DNA of 64,000 bases, from positions 248,001 to 312,000 of the IMG/VR virus record IMGVR_UViG_3300031787_007614. One strand, written 5' to 3'. Below are positions 18,154 to 26,849 of the stretch, piece after piece (positions within the stretch are counted from its first letter, which is position 1; every line of letters begins with the position of its first letter). A program made the translations under genes and the position numbers. The notes below the pieces were generated by a model. It did no database searches. It worked only from the letters and a program-made list of their open reading frames with translations, and was not told the DNA's origin.

Positions 18154-21100
18154 TTAGTTTGCACTCACCTGGAGTATCTTCTTGCTGATGTCGTTGGCTT
18201 CACTCTGCTTGGCAATTAGTGCATCAATGCCGGCAATCAGCGCATCTGTTTCTGGGGAAGCGTTTTCTTTGGCTATTTTATTTGCCATTTCTGTTCCCAA
18301 TACTGTCATAGCTTCTTTGAACTCTGCAAACATTAAATCAAATGCTTCTTTCTGATTCACACCGTTTTCGGCCACAATATCATTCAATCGTTGACCTAAT
18401 AGGGGGCCTGCGCCGTCAAACATTTGAGTGCCTATTTTCATAATATTAGTATCAAAATTTGTTGCAATGCCTGAATTTATAATTTCTTTCCAGGTTGCTG
18501 GATCAGTGATGGTTTGTGATGCTTTATCAAAAGCCCCCATGGCTGTTGCAATTTCTTTAACTGCGGCAAGATCAGTACTTACTGCTCCTGTATTGTAACC
18601 CGTATATTGATTGTAGCCCATGACTGATGGGCCAATGCCGCCTTCGGCCATTACATCTTTGAAATCCAGCTTGATCGGAATTGGCTTGGATATATTCAGT
18701 GGAATTTCTTTGCCATCCATGGGAATCACAGCTTCTGGACCTTTTTCACCAATCAACGCCAGTGTGGCTTTGTCCACCATGCCGCCATCACCAAATGCCG
18801 GGATCTGTGCATGGAAGTGGCCACCTGTGGCATTTTTAGTGGCGTTGTGGTACTCATCTATAGCAAGACTGGCTCCTGACTGTTTGAGCCAACTAACAAT
18901 GCTTGCACCTTCTTCTCGTGTGGGCTTTTTGTTCAGCACAAAGTCCATGGCCTGGCCTTTGGTATGCAAGCTATTTGGACTTTTTTCATTGTGGAATTGA
19001 TCGTTAAATCCTGTAAATGCTGAAAATCCAGGCACTAGACTTTGAACATTTTTAGCCAGCTCAATCAGCTTAGGGCTGATTGCCGCGCCTTCAGCTTGTA
19101 CATCACGATTGGGATCAAATTTGAGGCCCATGGACAACAAATTGTTTTCATTGGCAGTTTTCATGCCTTGGCCGCCACCTGGGCTAACACCGCTACCTCC
19201 GCCCATGCCCCCAGCTGGTGGTGCTGCTGGAATTTTTAGGCCAGTGCCTCCACCCATGCCTGGCGCACCGCCTGAACCCGCAGAACCACTTTGTTCAGAT
19301 TGTTCTTGCAGTAGCTCTAAGTTTTCACCCAATATCTGGGTGACACTGTCAAGATATTTTTTGTGAAAATCCACAAACTCTTTTGTGCGTTTGGTGTCTT
19401 GATCAGTGTAACGTTCAATGCGTTGTATGTCTGTCAAAGTATCACGTTGAGCTACAATTACTGATTCTGTTGTTTTTTTGTTTTTATCGTTTAGCTCGTC
19501 AACAGATCTCAGTATTGCTTGATATGTGCTACCAACGTTTTGTGTGGTTCTCAAATTGTTAGTCAGTTCGTCATTGGTGTTAGTAACCACAGTTACAGAA
19601 CTGCCCATCACTTGAGATATCATATCAACACTGACTTGTCCTGAAGATACAGAAGAAGCCATTGACTCAAACATCTTGCTTAGTTTGTCATTGTTTATAA
19701 TTTTTCCTGATTGCTCAGGCACCATGAGCTCTGGACCACGTTCGCCCACAATGTAGGGATTTCGTCTGCTGACAGGTCCGCCAGCGGCACGCCCAGGAGG
19801 AGTTAATGCGGTACCTAATGCATCAGCGCCCATGCCTAAATATTTGCCAAGAACACTACCAAGGGCAGTGGCAATATATGGGCCAATCTTTCCACCTATA
19901 GCGGCTCCAGCCACAGTGCCCGCAGGTCCAAAAAGAGAGCCAACTATTCCACCTGCATAAGTACCAGCTATTTTACCACCCGCCGCACCAGCTAATGCAC
20001 CAACACCAGTTCCAACCATTTCACTGCCGCCAGATCTGTAAAATCCGCCCATGCCGTCTTTTTGTGTGGCTTCTACCACATCAACAGTTTTACCAACAAT
20101 GAATCCTAGTTTTTCGGCAATCCAGTCTGTGAGTTTGACCATTTGTTTCATAAACTTGTCCATCACTGGTTGCAGTTCTTTAAATGCAGTGGCAATAGGT
20201 TCAGTAACTCCGACCAAAGATTTGCTCATGGCAATGGCAGTGCTGATTGATTGCGACACTGTGGTCTCAAATTTTTCATTGGCATTGCGCTGCATTTCAC
20301 GCAGTTCAGCCATGGCCCGAGTGTTGGCATCACCCAGGCCACTCATCTGTTTGTTTTGTTCAACGACAATTTCAGCAGCTATCTTACTGATGTCTTGCTG
20401 GGCAAAAATAGCCAGTTTTTGTCCCTGTGCATAATCAATTGCAAAATCATTCAACAGGCCCAGCTGAGCCGTAAAGTTCAAGTCCTTATTGAATTGGCCA
20501 ATTGAGGTACCAATTTGTTTGACAGCTTGATTGGCATCAATTTGACCTGACTGCAATGCTTCACTTGATTGCATCAACTGACCTTGAGTGCTGATCACGC
20601 CCTTGACAGCAGCATCGCTGGTAAGAGCTCCAGATTGAATGTCTCTAAATGCTTGTCCTAACTCTGGAGCCTGCTTGCTCAACATAAGATTAGCTCTCAT
20701 CAGTTGATCAGCAGCAGCCATTTGTTGAGGATCCTTGGTCGCTCGCATGGCATCCAGCTTGGCACGGAATCTCTGTTCGCTGAGAGCAGATTCCATTTGC
20801 TTTTCAATTTCTTGACGTTGCATGCCTGTGAGCTTGCTGAGGCCGTCCATTTCAACAAGATATTTTCTAGCACCAGTAGCCAGTTCTTGGTTGGTTTTGT
20901 TTTGACTCTGACCAATCAAAGTTTGCAGTCTCAAATAGCCAGCTGTTCCTTCAATCTGATCTTCCAGACTGATACCAGCTGCCTCTAAGCTGACCCGGAA
21001 AGGCTTCATGGCCGCACCAATGTTGGCAAATGCCTGACGTCCTTCAAATGCTGTGCCTTTGAACAAGGCCAATTCTGCGCTGTTGGCTGCTACTGCATTG

Positions 21101-21630
21101 GTGTATACACCCAGCTCTTTCATGCTCAAGCCAAGCTTCTTGGCGTCGCGGAAGATGCCCATCATGCCATCTGAACCAGCCAGGCCAGCTTTGGCCATTT
21201 TGGTATTGGCAGCAAACAAGTTGTCGGCCATGTCGTTGGCCGCCTGAGTCATCTTAATACTAGCGCCAACTGCGGCTGTGCCCAGACCAATTAGAGCTTT
21301 GATCAAGAACCCGCCAGGCACCAAGAAAGTCAACGCAGCACCGGCTGCGGTAACTGCTTTGCTCATGCTGTCAAGTGAACTGTTAAATGCTGCGGCGCCT
21401 TTTTGGCCATCGTACATGGCTTTGCCGGCTGCAAGACCTGCACCTGCTAGGTTTCCCAGCGCACCTGCTGTTAACGCACTGGCCTTGTCAAGTTCTTTTG
21501 CTCGACGGAAACTTCCTGCTGCCAGTGCTGCCTGGGTATCTTCAGTAACTCGCCCAAAATTTCTAAGGTCGTCAGAAACTCGTGCTATGACTTCAGCCAT
21601 TTCTTGTGATGCTTGATTTACGTCCGCCAT
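18154..21630 (-). CDS. Tape-measure-like protein with embedded M15-type Zn peptidase domain
   Basis: 1158 aa, Ala/Gln-rich and helical, with Gly/Ala hydrophobic stretches and two GE(R/K)GPE motifs. It also carries SLHTKGQAMD…HFH (SxHxxGxAxD + HxH). Confidence 0.75.
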   Translation of the reverse strand: MADVNQASQEMAEVIARVSDDLRNFGRVTEDTQAALAAGSFRRAKELDKASALTAGALGNLAGAGLAAGKAMYDGQKGAAAFNSSLDSMSKAVTAAGAALTFLVPGGFLIKALIGLGTAAVGASIKMTQAANDMADNLFAANTKMAKAGLAGSDGMMGIFRDAKKLGLSMKELGVYTNAVAANSAELALFKGTAFEGRQAFANIGAAMKPFRVSLEAAGISLEDQIEGTAGYLRLQTLIGQSQNKTNQELATGARKYLVEMDGLSKLTGMQRQEIEKQMESALSEQRFRAKLDAMRATKDPQQMAAADQLMRANLMLSKQAPELGQAFRDIQSGALTSDAAVKGVISTQGQLMQSSEALQSGQIDANQAVKQIGTSIGQFNKDLNFTAQLGLLNDFAIDYAQGQKLAIFAQQDISKIAAEIVVEQNKQMSGLGDANTRAMAELREMQRNANEKFETTVSQSISTAIAMSKSLVGVTEPIATAFKELQPVMDKFMKQMVKLTDWIAEKLGFIVGKTVDVVEATQKDGMGGFYRSGGSEMVGTGVGALAGAAGGKIAGTYAGGIVGSLFGPAGTVAGAAIGGKIGPYIATALGSVLGKYLGMGADALGTALTPPGRAAGGPVSRRNPYIVGERGPELMVPEQSGKIINNDKLSKMFESMASSVSSGQVSVDMISQVMGSSVTVVTNTNDELTNNLRTTQNVGSTYQAILRSVDELNDKNKKTTESVIVAQRDTLTDIQRIERYTDQDTKRTKEFVDFHKKYLDSVTQILGENLELLQEQSEQSGSAGSGGAPGMGGGTGLKIPAAPPAGGMGGGSGVSPGGGQGMKTANENNLLSMGLKFDPNRDVQAEGAAISPKLIELAKNVQSLVPGFSAFTGFNDQFHNEKSPNSLHTKGQAMDFVLNKKPTREEGASIVSWLKQSGASLAIDEYHNATKNATGGHFHAQIPAFGDGGMVDKATLALIGEKGPEAVIPMDGKEIPLNISKPIPIKLDFKDVMAEGGIGPSVMGYNQYTGYNTGAVSTDLAAVKEIATAMGAFDKASQTITDPATWKEIINSGIATNFDTNIMKIGTQMFDGAGPLLGQRLNDIVAENGVNQKEAFDLMFAEFKEAMTVLGTEMANKIAKENASPETDALIAGIDALIAKQSEANDISKKILQVSAN

Positions 21631-21641
21631 TGAAAAACACC

Positions 21642-21661
21642 TATAAGTAGAAGTATATTTA
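21642..21661. promoter_or_regulatory. Face-to-face late promoters for the divergent tape-measure and chaperone genes
   Basis: TATAAGTA on + (21642-21649) and TAAATA on - (21656-21661) within a 41-nt intergenic gap. Confidence 0.6.
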
Positions 21662-21671
21662 TGGGTACACT

Positions 21672-22517
21672 ATGAACCAAAATCACAATCCACTTAGACA
21701 ATTTTTTAGACAACCAGCAATTTACTTGCGGTTGCCCAGCCAGGGCAAATACTGGCCCGAAGGCAGCTTAGACGTGCCTCAAAACGGTGAGCTGCCTGTT
21801 TATCCCATGACAGCCATTGACGAAATCACCTATCGCACGCCAGATGCGCTGTTTAGCGGGCAAGCTGTGGTCAATGTAATACACAGTTGTGTGCCGTCAA
21901 TTAAGAATGCCTGGCATGCTCCTGTGGCAGATTTGAATTCTATCCTAGTTGCTATTCGTATTGCCAGCTACGGGCATGAGCTTGAAATTGAAACTACATG
22001 TCCTGCTTGCAAACACATTGAGAGTTTTGCGTTAGACTTGCGCAATGCACTGGATCAGTTGACCATGCCGGACTTTTCTGCCACAGTAACTTATGGTGAT
22101 TTGGAAATTTATTTTCATCCCATGAGTTACGAAAAGCAAAATGAAATCAATCTTGAGCAGTTTGAAAATCAACGCATGATGCGCAACATCAGCATGGATA
22201 CTGAGCTCACCGAAGACGAAAAGTTACAAAAACTAGCAGAAGTGATGAAAATACTAACTCAGCTGACCATGCGAGCTCTCAAGTACTCAATTTCAGCAAT
22301 TCGTACACCAAATGCTGTTGTGTCAGAGACTGAGCACATTGATGAATTTTTGCAAAACTGCGATCGTCAAATTTTTGTTGCTGTTAGAGATCACGCAGTT
22401 GACTTGCGCAATCGTACAGAACTGAAACCTGTGCATCTCACTTGCAGTGAATGCAATCACGAACATGATCAAGCACTAAATCTGGATCTTACAAATTTTT
22501 TCGAAGCCGCCTCCTGA
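21672..22517 (+). CDS. T4 gp26-like baseplate hub / tail assembly chaperone
   Basis: Motifs LPSQGKYW, ELPVYPMTAIDE, ILVAIRIASYG, two CxxC pairs and C-terminal LTNFF; adjacent to the tape-measure gene. Confidence 0.75.
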   Translation: MNQNHNPLRQFFRQPAIYLRLPSQGKYWPEGSLDVPQNGELPVYPMTAIDEITYRTPDALFSGQAVVNVIHSCVPSIKNAWHAPVADLNSILVAIRIASYGHELEIETTCPACKHIESFALDLRNALDQLTMPDFSATVTYGDLEIYFHPMSYEKQNEINLEQFENQRMMRNISMDTELTEDEKLQKLAEVMKILTQLTMRALKYSISAIRTPNAVVSETEHIDEFLQNCDRQIFVAVRDHAVDLRNRTELKPVHLTCSECNHEHDQALNLDLTNFFEAAS

Positions 22518-22732
22518 TCCTCCCAGTAGAGGAAATTGGCGAGTACATTGACAGCCTTGATCAGGAGGCCAACGCAATTAGATCAAACAGTTTAAGATTG
22601 GCTTGGTTAATGCGCGGCGGACTCACCTACGATCAGGTGTTGGCACTAAGTTTCACTGAAAGAAAAATGATCAGCAAGATAGCCGAAGAAAACATGGAAA
22701 CCACCAACAAAACTAAACTGCCGTATTTCTAA
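22499..22732 (+). CDS. -1 frame extension (~77 aa, gp51-like), probably reached by frameshift; not in ORF track
   Basis: The -1 frame is open from 22469 to TAA at 22730-22732 and encodes RSRLLILPVEEIGEYIDSLDQE…WLMRGGLTYDQVLALSFTERKMI…KLPYF. The slippery site A AAT TTT TTC is at 22493-22502. Confidence 0.7.
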   Translation, partial: FRSRLLILPVEEIGEYIDSLDQEANAIRSNSLRLAWLMRGGLTYDQVLALSFTERKMISKIAEENMETTNKTKLPYF

Positions 22733-23232
22733 TGGACTTAGATACAGTTAAACAAGATATTGAAAACTGGATTGTGAACTTTGTAGAAGTTCCACATCCT
22801 GCTCTTGGAGGCTGGGCTCCTTGTCCATACGCACGCTCAGCACGCATGAAAAAAAGCTACGATGTACATGTTGGCGTAGATCCTTACTTTGATCTTAAAA
22901 ATCGAGCACGATGGGGCATGGGCGATAAGGAAGTTATTATCTATGCTTACGATCCTGTGGAATGGCCATATGAATTGTTCAGTGACAGTTTGAAAAATGC
23001 CAACAAGGAACATTTGTTACGCAACGATCTACTTGCACTAGAGGATCATCCCGCAGACGTTGAGATGGTGAACGGTGTGTGTATGAATCAAGGCAAGTAT
23101 GCTCTAGCTCTAGTGCAAAGTCTCAGCGACTTAAACAACAAAGCCAAACTTATGGCTGAGAAGGGATTCTATCACAACTGGCCAGAAGAGTATCTTGCGG
23201 GACTGTTTGAACATCGTAAGGATCCAAGATGA
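22732..23232 (+). CDS. DUF1415-like hypothetical protein
   Basis: W..NFVE…PCPYAR N-terminal motif, DHP, and NQGKYALALVQ. Confidence 0.45.
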   Translation: MDLDTVKQDIENWIVNFVEVPHPALGGWAPCPYARSARMKKSYDVHVGVDPYFDLKNRARWGMGDKEVIIYAYDPVEWPYELFSDSLKNANKEHLLRNDLLALEDHPADVEMVNGVCMNQGKYALALVQSLSDLNNKAKLMAEKGFYHNWPEEYLAGLFEHRKDPR

Positions 23233-23663
23233 GCTATCAGTTTGCCAGAATCGATCTCAGCCAGACCAACTACACACCAAATGTAAAGTGGGAGTATTTG
23301 CGTGAGCCCAACATCAAACAGCTAAACTCTATCTACAGAGACTATTGCAAATACAAACATTTTGCAAGTGTGATGCCTATATTTGACTGTCGTTACACAG
23401 ACCCAATGACAGATGTAATAGGATATTACGATCAAAATCGATTGGTTGCATTCAGTTTGATCCGACGCTATGATGATCATAACGCACTGTGCGATCAATT
23501 TGCATGGAACTACAACAATCCTAAACTACGGTTGGGAATTGAAACAATGAAAACAGAGTGTGCTATCTACAAGGAACGAGGATTCCAATACTTGTATCTT
23601 GAGCAAGCACACCTATACAAATCCAACATGGACGGATTTGAAATACTAGGACCACTGGAGTAA
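23229..23663 (+). CDS. Arginyl/leucyl-tRNA-protein transferase C-terminal-like (ATE_C/Bpt, GNAT fold) protein
   Basis: GYYDQNRLVAFS…FAWNY..PKLRLG…E….KERGFQYLYL resembles the ATE_C pattern; no ATE N-terminal domain is visible. Confidence 0.55.
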   Translation: MSYQFARIDLSQTNYTPNVKWEYLREPNIKQLNSIYRDYCKYKHFASVMPIFDCRYTDPMTDVIGYYDQNRLVAFSLIRRYDDHNALCDQFAWNYNNPKLRLGIETMKTECAIYKERGFQYLYLEQAHLYKSNMDGFEILGPLE

Positions 23664-23665
23664 CT

Positions 23666-24001
23666 ATGGATTTATATACAATTTGGGCAGACAAAGAAGG
23701 CGACATCTCAGACTTAGACTGGGTCAACGGAATGAAAAGTTTCTTTGATCATTTGATATCAGAAGACAAGATGGTAGACTATCGTATCACAAGATGCAAG
23801 ATGGGATTCCGTTCAATTGCGGACATGCCTGAATGGATGATTATCATGGAGTTCCGAGACATGGGTCAAATGGACTCGGCTTTCAAACGAGTAGCACCGC
23901 TTGAGGGTGAACTTGAAGTCAAACACAAGTCATTCAATCAATTTGTGTCAGGCAATATTCAACATGCTTTATTTAGAGACTGGCCAGACACATTTGTATG
24001 A
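23666..24001 (+). CDS. DUF6614-like small alpha/beta protein
   Basis: Pattern MDLYTIW…YRITRCKMG…PEWMIIMEF…QMDSAF…ALFRDWPD. Confidence 0.45.
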   Translation: MDLYTIWADKEGDISDLDWVNGMKSFFDHLISEDKMVDYRITRCKMGFRSIADMPEWMIIMEFRDMGQMDSAFKRVAPLEGELEVKHKSFNQFVSGNIQHALFRDWPDTFV

Positions 24002-24522
24002 ACATCCTCGATCATGTACCTGTAGTACCTGATTGGCCCAAACCAGGTATTAACTTTTTTGACGTAACTGGCATTCTTGCCAATCCAGAAGCATTTGATT
24101 ACTGCTGTGGATGGTTAAAGCATCAAGCACATTGGTATAATGCTTCCAGTCTTGTGGCTGTGGAAAGCCGTGGCTTTGTGTTTGCGGCACCTGTAGCAAG
24201 ACAATTAGGACTTCCACTAATCCTAGTACGTAAACGTGGCAAATTGCCCGGCCCCACAATACAACACAGCTATCAAACTGAATACAGCACTGATACCATT
24301 GAAATGCACCCACACGCTCCAGTAGGCGCACATCCATTGATTGTGGATGACTTGCTAGCCACTGGAGGCACTATAATGGCCACAGCAAATCTAATTCGCA
24401 GTCATTGGATTGACACTAAAATTTCTGCTGCTGTGATTATAAACTTGCAGAACTTGCCTGGAGGGACAGCATTGACTCGGCACAATATTATGTGGGAAGG
24501 AATGGTCAATGTTGATGAATGA
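23998..24522 (+). CDS. apt: Adenine phosphoribosyltransferase
   Basis: Motifs PDWPKPGINFFDV, ESRGF, VRKRGKLPG, Y.TEY and the PRPP-binding loop LIVDDLLATGGT. Confidence 0.93.
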   Translation: MNILDHVPVVPDWPKPGINFFDVTGILANPEAFDYCCGWLKHQAHWYNASSLVAVESRGFVFAAPVARQLGLPLILVRKRGKLPGPTIQHSYQTEYSTDTIEMHPHAPVGAHPLIVDDLLATGGTIMATANLIRSHWIDTKISAAVIINLQNLPGGTALTRHNIMWEGMVNVDE

Positions 24523-25051
24523 TATTATTTTAATAGCTATTCGAGCAGAAGCACCAGATCTCAGCCACATGATGAACTTGTTTTACACTGGTGTGGGCAA
24601 GGTTAACGCTGCCATCACTGCCAGTGAAGTTATCACAAAGTATCGTCCCCGGCGTATCATTAACTTTGGCACAGCTGGTGGTATAACAGTCGCACCAGGA
24701 TTCTATCAATGCACTCAGTTTGTGCAAAGAGACATGACTTGTGAAGCATTAGGGTGTACCCCAGGACAAACACCTTTTGAAACTAGCACACACATTGGCA
24801 ACTCTACTGGCTTAACTTGCAGTACTGGTGACAACTTTGTGATGAATCCCATACTACAAATACCAGCAGATGTTGTAGACATGGAAGCCTATGCCATTGC
24901 CAAAGCATGCGAGAAATATGGAGTTGAGTTTGTGTGTTGGAAATACATCAGCGATCAAGCCAACCAACACGCACACAATGATTGGCAACAACAAGTTGCT
25001 CAAGGACAATCACATTATGTCAACAAACTCAAAGAGTTAAACTTATTATAA
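24509..25051 (+). CDS. mtnN: 5'-methylthioadenosine/S-adenosylhomocysteine nucleosidase (PNP_UDP_1 family)
   Basis: Motifs GVGKVNAA, INFGTAG, STGDNFV, VDMEAYAIA and KYISD; the true start may be 24515. Confidence 0.85.
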   Translation: MLMNDIILIAIRAEAPDLSHMMNLFYTGVGKVNAAITASEVITKYRPRRIINFGTAGGITVAPGFYQCTQFVQRDMTCEALGCTPGQTPFETSTHIGNSTGLTCSTGDNFVMNPILQIPADVVDMEAYAIAKACEKYGVEFVCWKYISDQANQHAHNDWQQQVAQGQSHYVNKLKELNLL

Positions 25052-25509
25052 GACTTGCTACGCAAGTCTATTAACTTCGCTTGCGCTCGTTAATTGATTG
25101 ATTTTCAAGAGCGAAGCGATTAAGTATTCATGTAGATAGATCTAGTCAGACGGAACCGTTTTGCGCGGTTCCGCTGTTGTCTTCATGTGAGTATCACTAG
25201 CCAAGACATTGGAAGTAGGTAATTTATTATACACCGTATGCTAAAGGACTCTGTGCTTTTCCTTCCTACCACGATACACATATTTCTACGTGCTCTAAAC
25301 CTCGTTCCTAGTGTTTAGATTTTTATAGCCGGTGTTCTCGTATGCTAACATTCATACTATATCAATGCGTCGGCCCTATTGTTCTAGCCTCAGACTCACT
25401 TCCAATTTTTCAGGATAGTCAGATTTACTGACGGGAGTGCCTCAATATGTCACGTGTCCGGTTATTCCCCGGTTTTTCCACAGCGGTATTACAAACTGGC
25501 CCGCCAACC
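25051..25509. ncRNA. Candidate large structured non-coding RNA (or structured DNA element); minus strand favoured
   Basis: ~460 nt with no ORF >=60 aa in an otherwise gap-free region. It contains at least 7 local stems and a 9-bp long-range complement (25208-25216 / 25398-25406). Confidence 0.5.
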
Positions 25510-25776
25510 TTAAGTGTTAGGTAAAATATAACCTTTTGGAATCCAATTAACAAATTTTCCACCGCAAGTGTTGCAAACTATTTTGCCTGCATGCGGTCCG
25601 GTAGGTTTGTTGACTATTTCCCATTCATGATTTTCGTGTATGCCTAATTGTTGCCTGAGTTTTTTTCGTTGTTCGTGCCATGCTTTATCAAATCCTGTCT
25701 TTGGATTAGTCCAATACGGATCATTCAAAAAGCCAGTGTCGCTTTTGTTAGTTTTACTGTAGTCAAGTTTAGTCAT
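25510..25776 (-). CDS. Small putative Zn-binding protein (H..H, PH, CxxC)
   Basis: HENH…PHAGKIVCNTCGGKFVNW; its start overlaps the GIY-YIG stop. Confidence 0.6.
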   Translation of the reverse strand: MTKLDYSKTNKSDTGFLNDPYWTNPKTGFDKAWHEQRKKLRQQLGIHENHEWEIVNKPTGPHAGKIVCNTCGGKFVNWIPKGYILPNT

Positions 25777-26201
25777 AATTTTCCTACGATGTGTGAGCCA
25801 TGCACACGAACTTGAATATGGCCGTTATAATAATCTGTTGATTCCAATACTTTTCTTGTGAACTGTTCTCTTGCTTCAATGTACGAACATTCTGATTTTG
25901 ATTTACAATAGTAAAGTATTTCTCTGGTAAAGTTTTCGGTGCCTAAAGTGATTACGTCTGCGGTTAATTCTGGGCTTGACCCGTAGTACTCTCTCCAATC
26001 TGAATCAATCTTTGATCGTATCTTCTTCCGCTTCTTTGTGCCGTTCTTTTGTTTGACTATTTTGTATGTTGTTTTGCTAAATTTTGCTAATTTTTTGCCT
26101 ATGTACTTGCGTCCAGATAGATTATTTGTGATTAGATAAACAAAACCTACACATTCTTCGGGCAGAGTCTCAACTGGGGTGTCTTGATGTAGCCATGTCA
26201 T
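25773..26201 (-). CDS. Stand-alone GIY-YIG nuclease-domain protein
   Basis: GFVYLITNNLSGRKYIGKK, YYGSS, FTREIL, E..EQF and YYN; CATAACTA lies upstream. Confidence 0.85.
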   Translation of the reverse strand: MTWLHQDTPVETLPEECVGFVYLITNNLSGRKYIGKKLAKFSKTTYKIVKQKNGTKKRKKIRSKIDSDWREYYGSSPELTADVITLGTENFTREILYYCKSKSECSYIEAREQFTRKVLESTDYYNGHIQVRVHGSHIVGKL

Positions 26202-26234
26202 GTGCGTTTAGTGGGTTTGCCTTTCGTGTTATAG

Positions 26235-26849
26235 TTATGATTTATGATCAAAGTTTACGTAAAAAGTTGCCTCTTCTATCACTGTGTTTGGACCAACAGA
26301 GATAGCGTATGTTATAAAATTGCTAATATCTTTTAAATTAATGCCGTTTCCTGTCCAGGTGGGCCGTCCACGACTTAGTTCTGTGTCCAAGCGATCAGGT
26401 GTGATTAGCGTGGTTCTGAACTGCACCAGATTTTGTTTGAATGACTGGGTGCCCTGCCTGCTGGCATGTGCCAGTGCCGCCTTGGCCACGCGGTACGTTT
26501 CAAATCTAGGCTCAGCAGCAACAATATGATGCTCGCCCACTGATCCAATATTAAAGATGTGCCCACTTTTGCCAGCGTTTTTCCACTTGTCGTATACTGC
26601 CATGTACAAGTTTGTTTGTGCAAAGTTGGCCCAGGCTTCTTGTGGTGGCCCATCAAATGCATTGTTTACAAACACATCATAATTCAAACTTTGTTGAGCA
26701 ATCAATTTGACTGCTTGGTCATCAGTGATATCCAAGTTTGTGGATCTGCTGACACTGTCAGCACCAAACACATCCACTAGGTGTTGCCCCAGTCCTCGGT
26801 TACCGCCTGTAACTAACATTTTCATCTTTTGCTTCCTCCTTGATCCCAA
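26235..26849 (-). CDS. Short-chain dehydrogenase/reductase (start probably 26825)
   Basis: Motifs TGGNRGLG, FVNNA, NIGS and catalytic YRVAK. Confidence 0.9.
   Translation of the reverse strand: MGSRRKQKMKMLVTGGNRGLGQHLVDVFGADSVSRSTNLDITDDQAVKLIAQQSLNYDVFVNNAFDGPPQEAWANFAQTNLYMAVYDKWKNAGKSGHIFNIGSVGEHHIVAAEPRFETYRVAKAALAHASRQGTQSFKQNLVQFRTTLITPDRLDTELSRGRPTWTGNGINLKDISNFITYAISVGPNTVIEEATFYVNFDHKS

Noticed and set aside
25350-25400. Group I intron-like R/S words (TCTGAGGCTA, GATATAGT) near a GIY-YIG gene
   Set aside because: P7 pairing is imperfect and no interrupted gene flanks the region; the neighbours are convergent and complete.
25325-25485. RNase P-like words on the minus strand (GTGGAAAAACCGGG and GAGAACACCGGCTATA)
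   Set aside because: The canonical GAGGAAAGUCC is absent, a P4 helix would have only ~4 bp, and the CCGG is better explained by a local hairpin.
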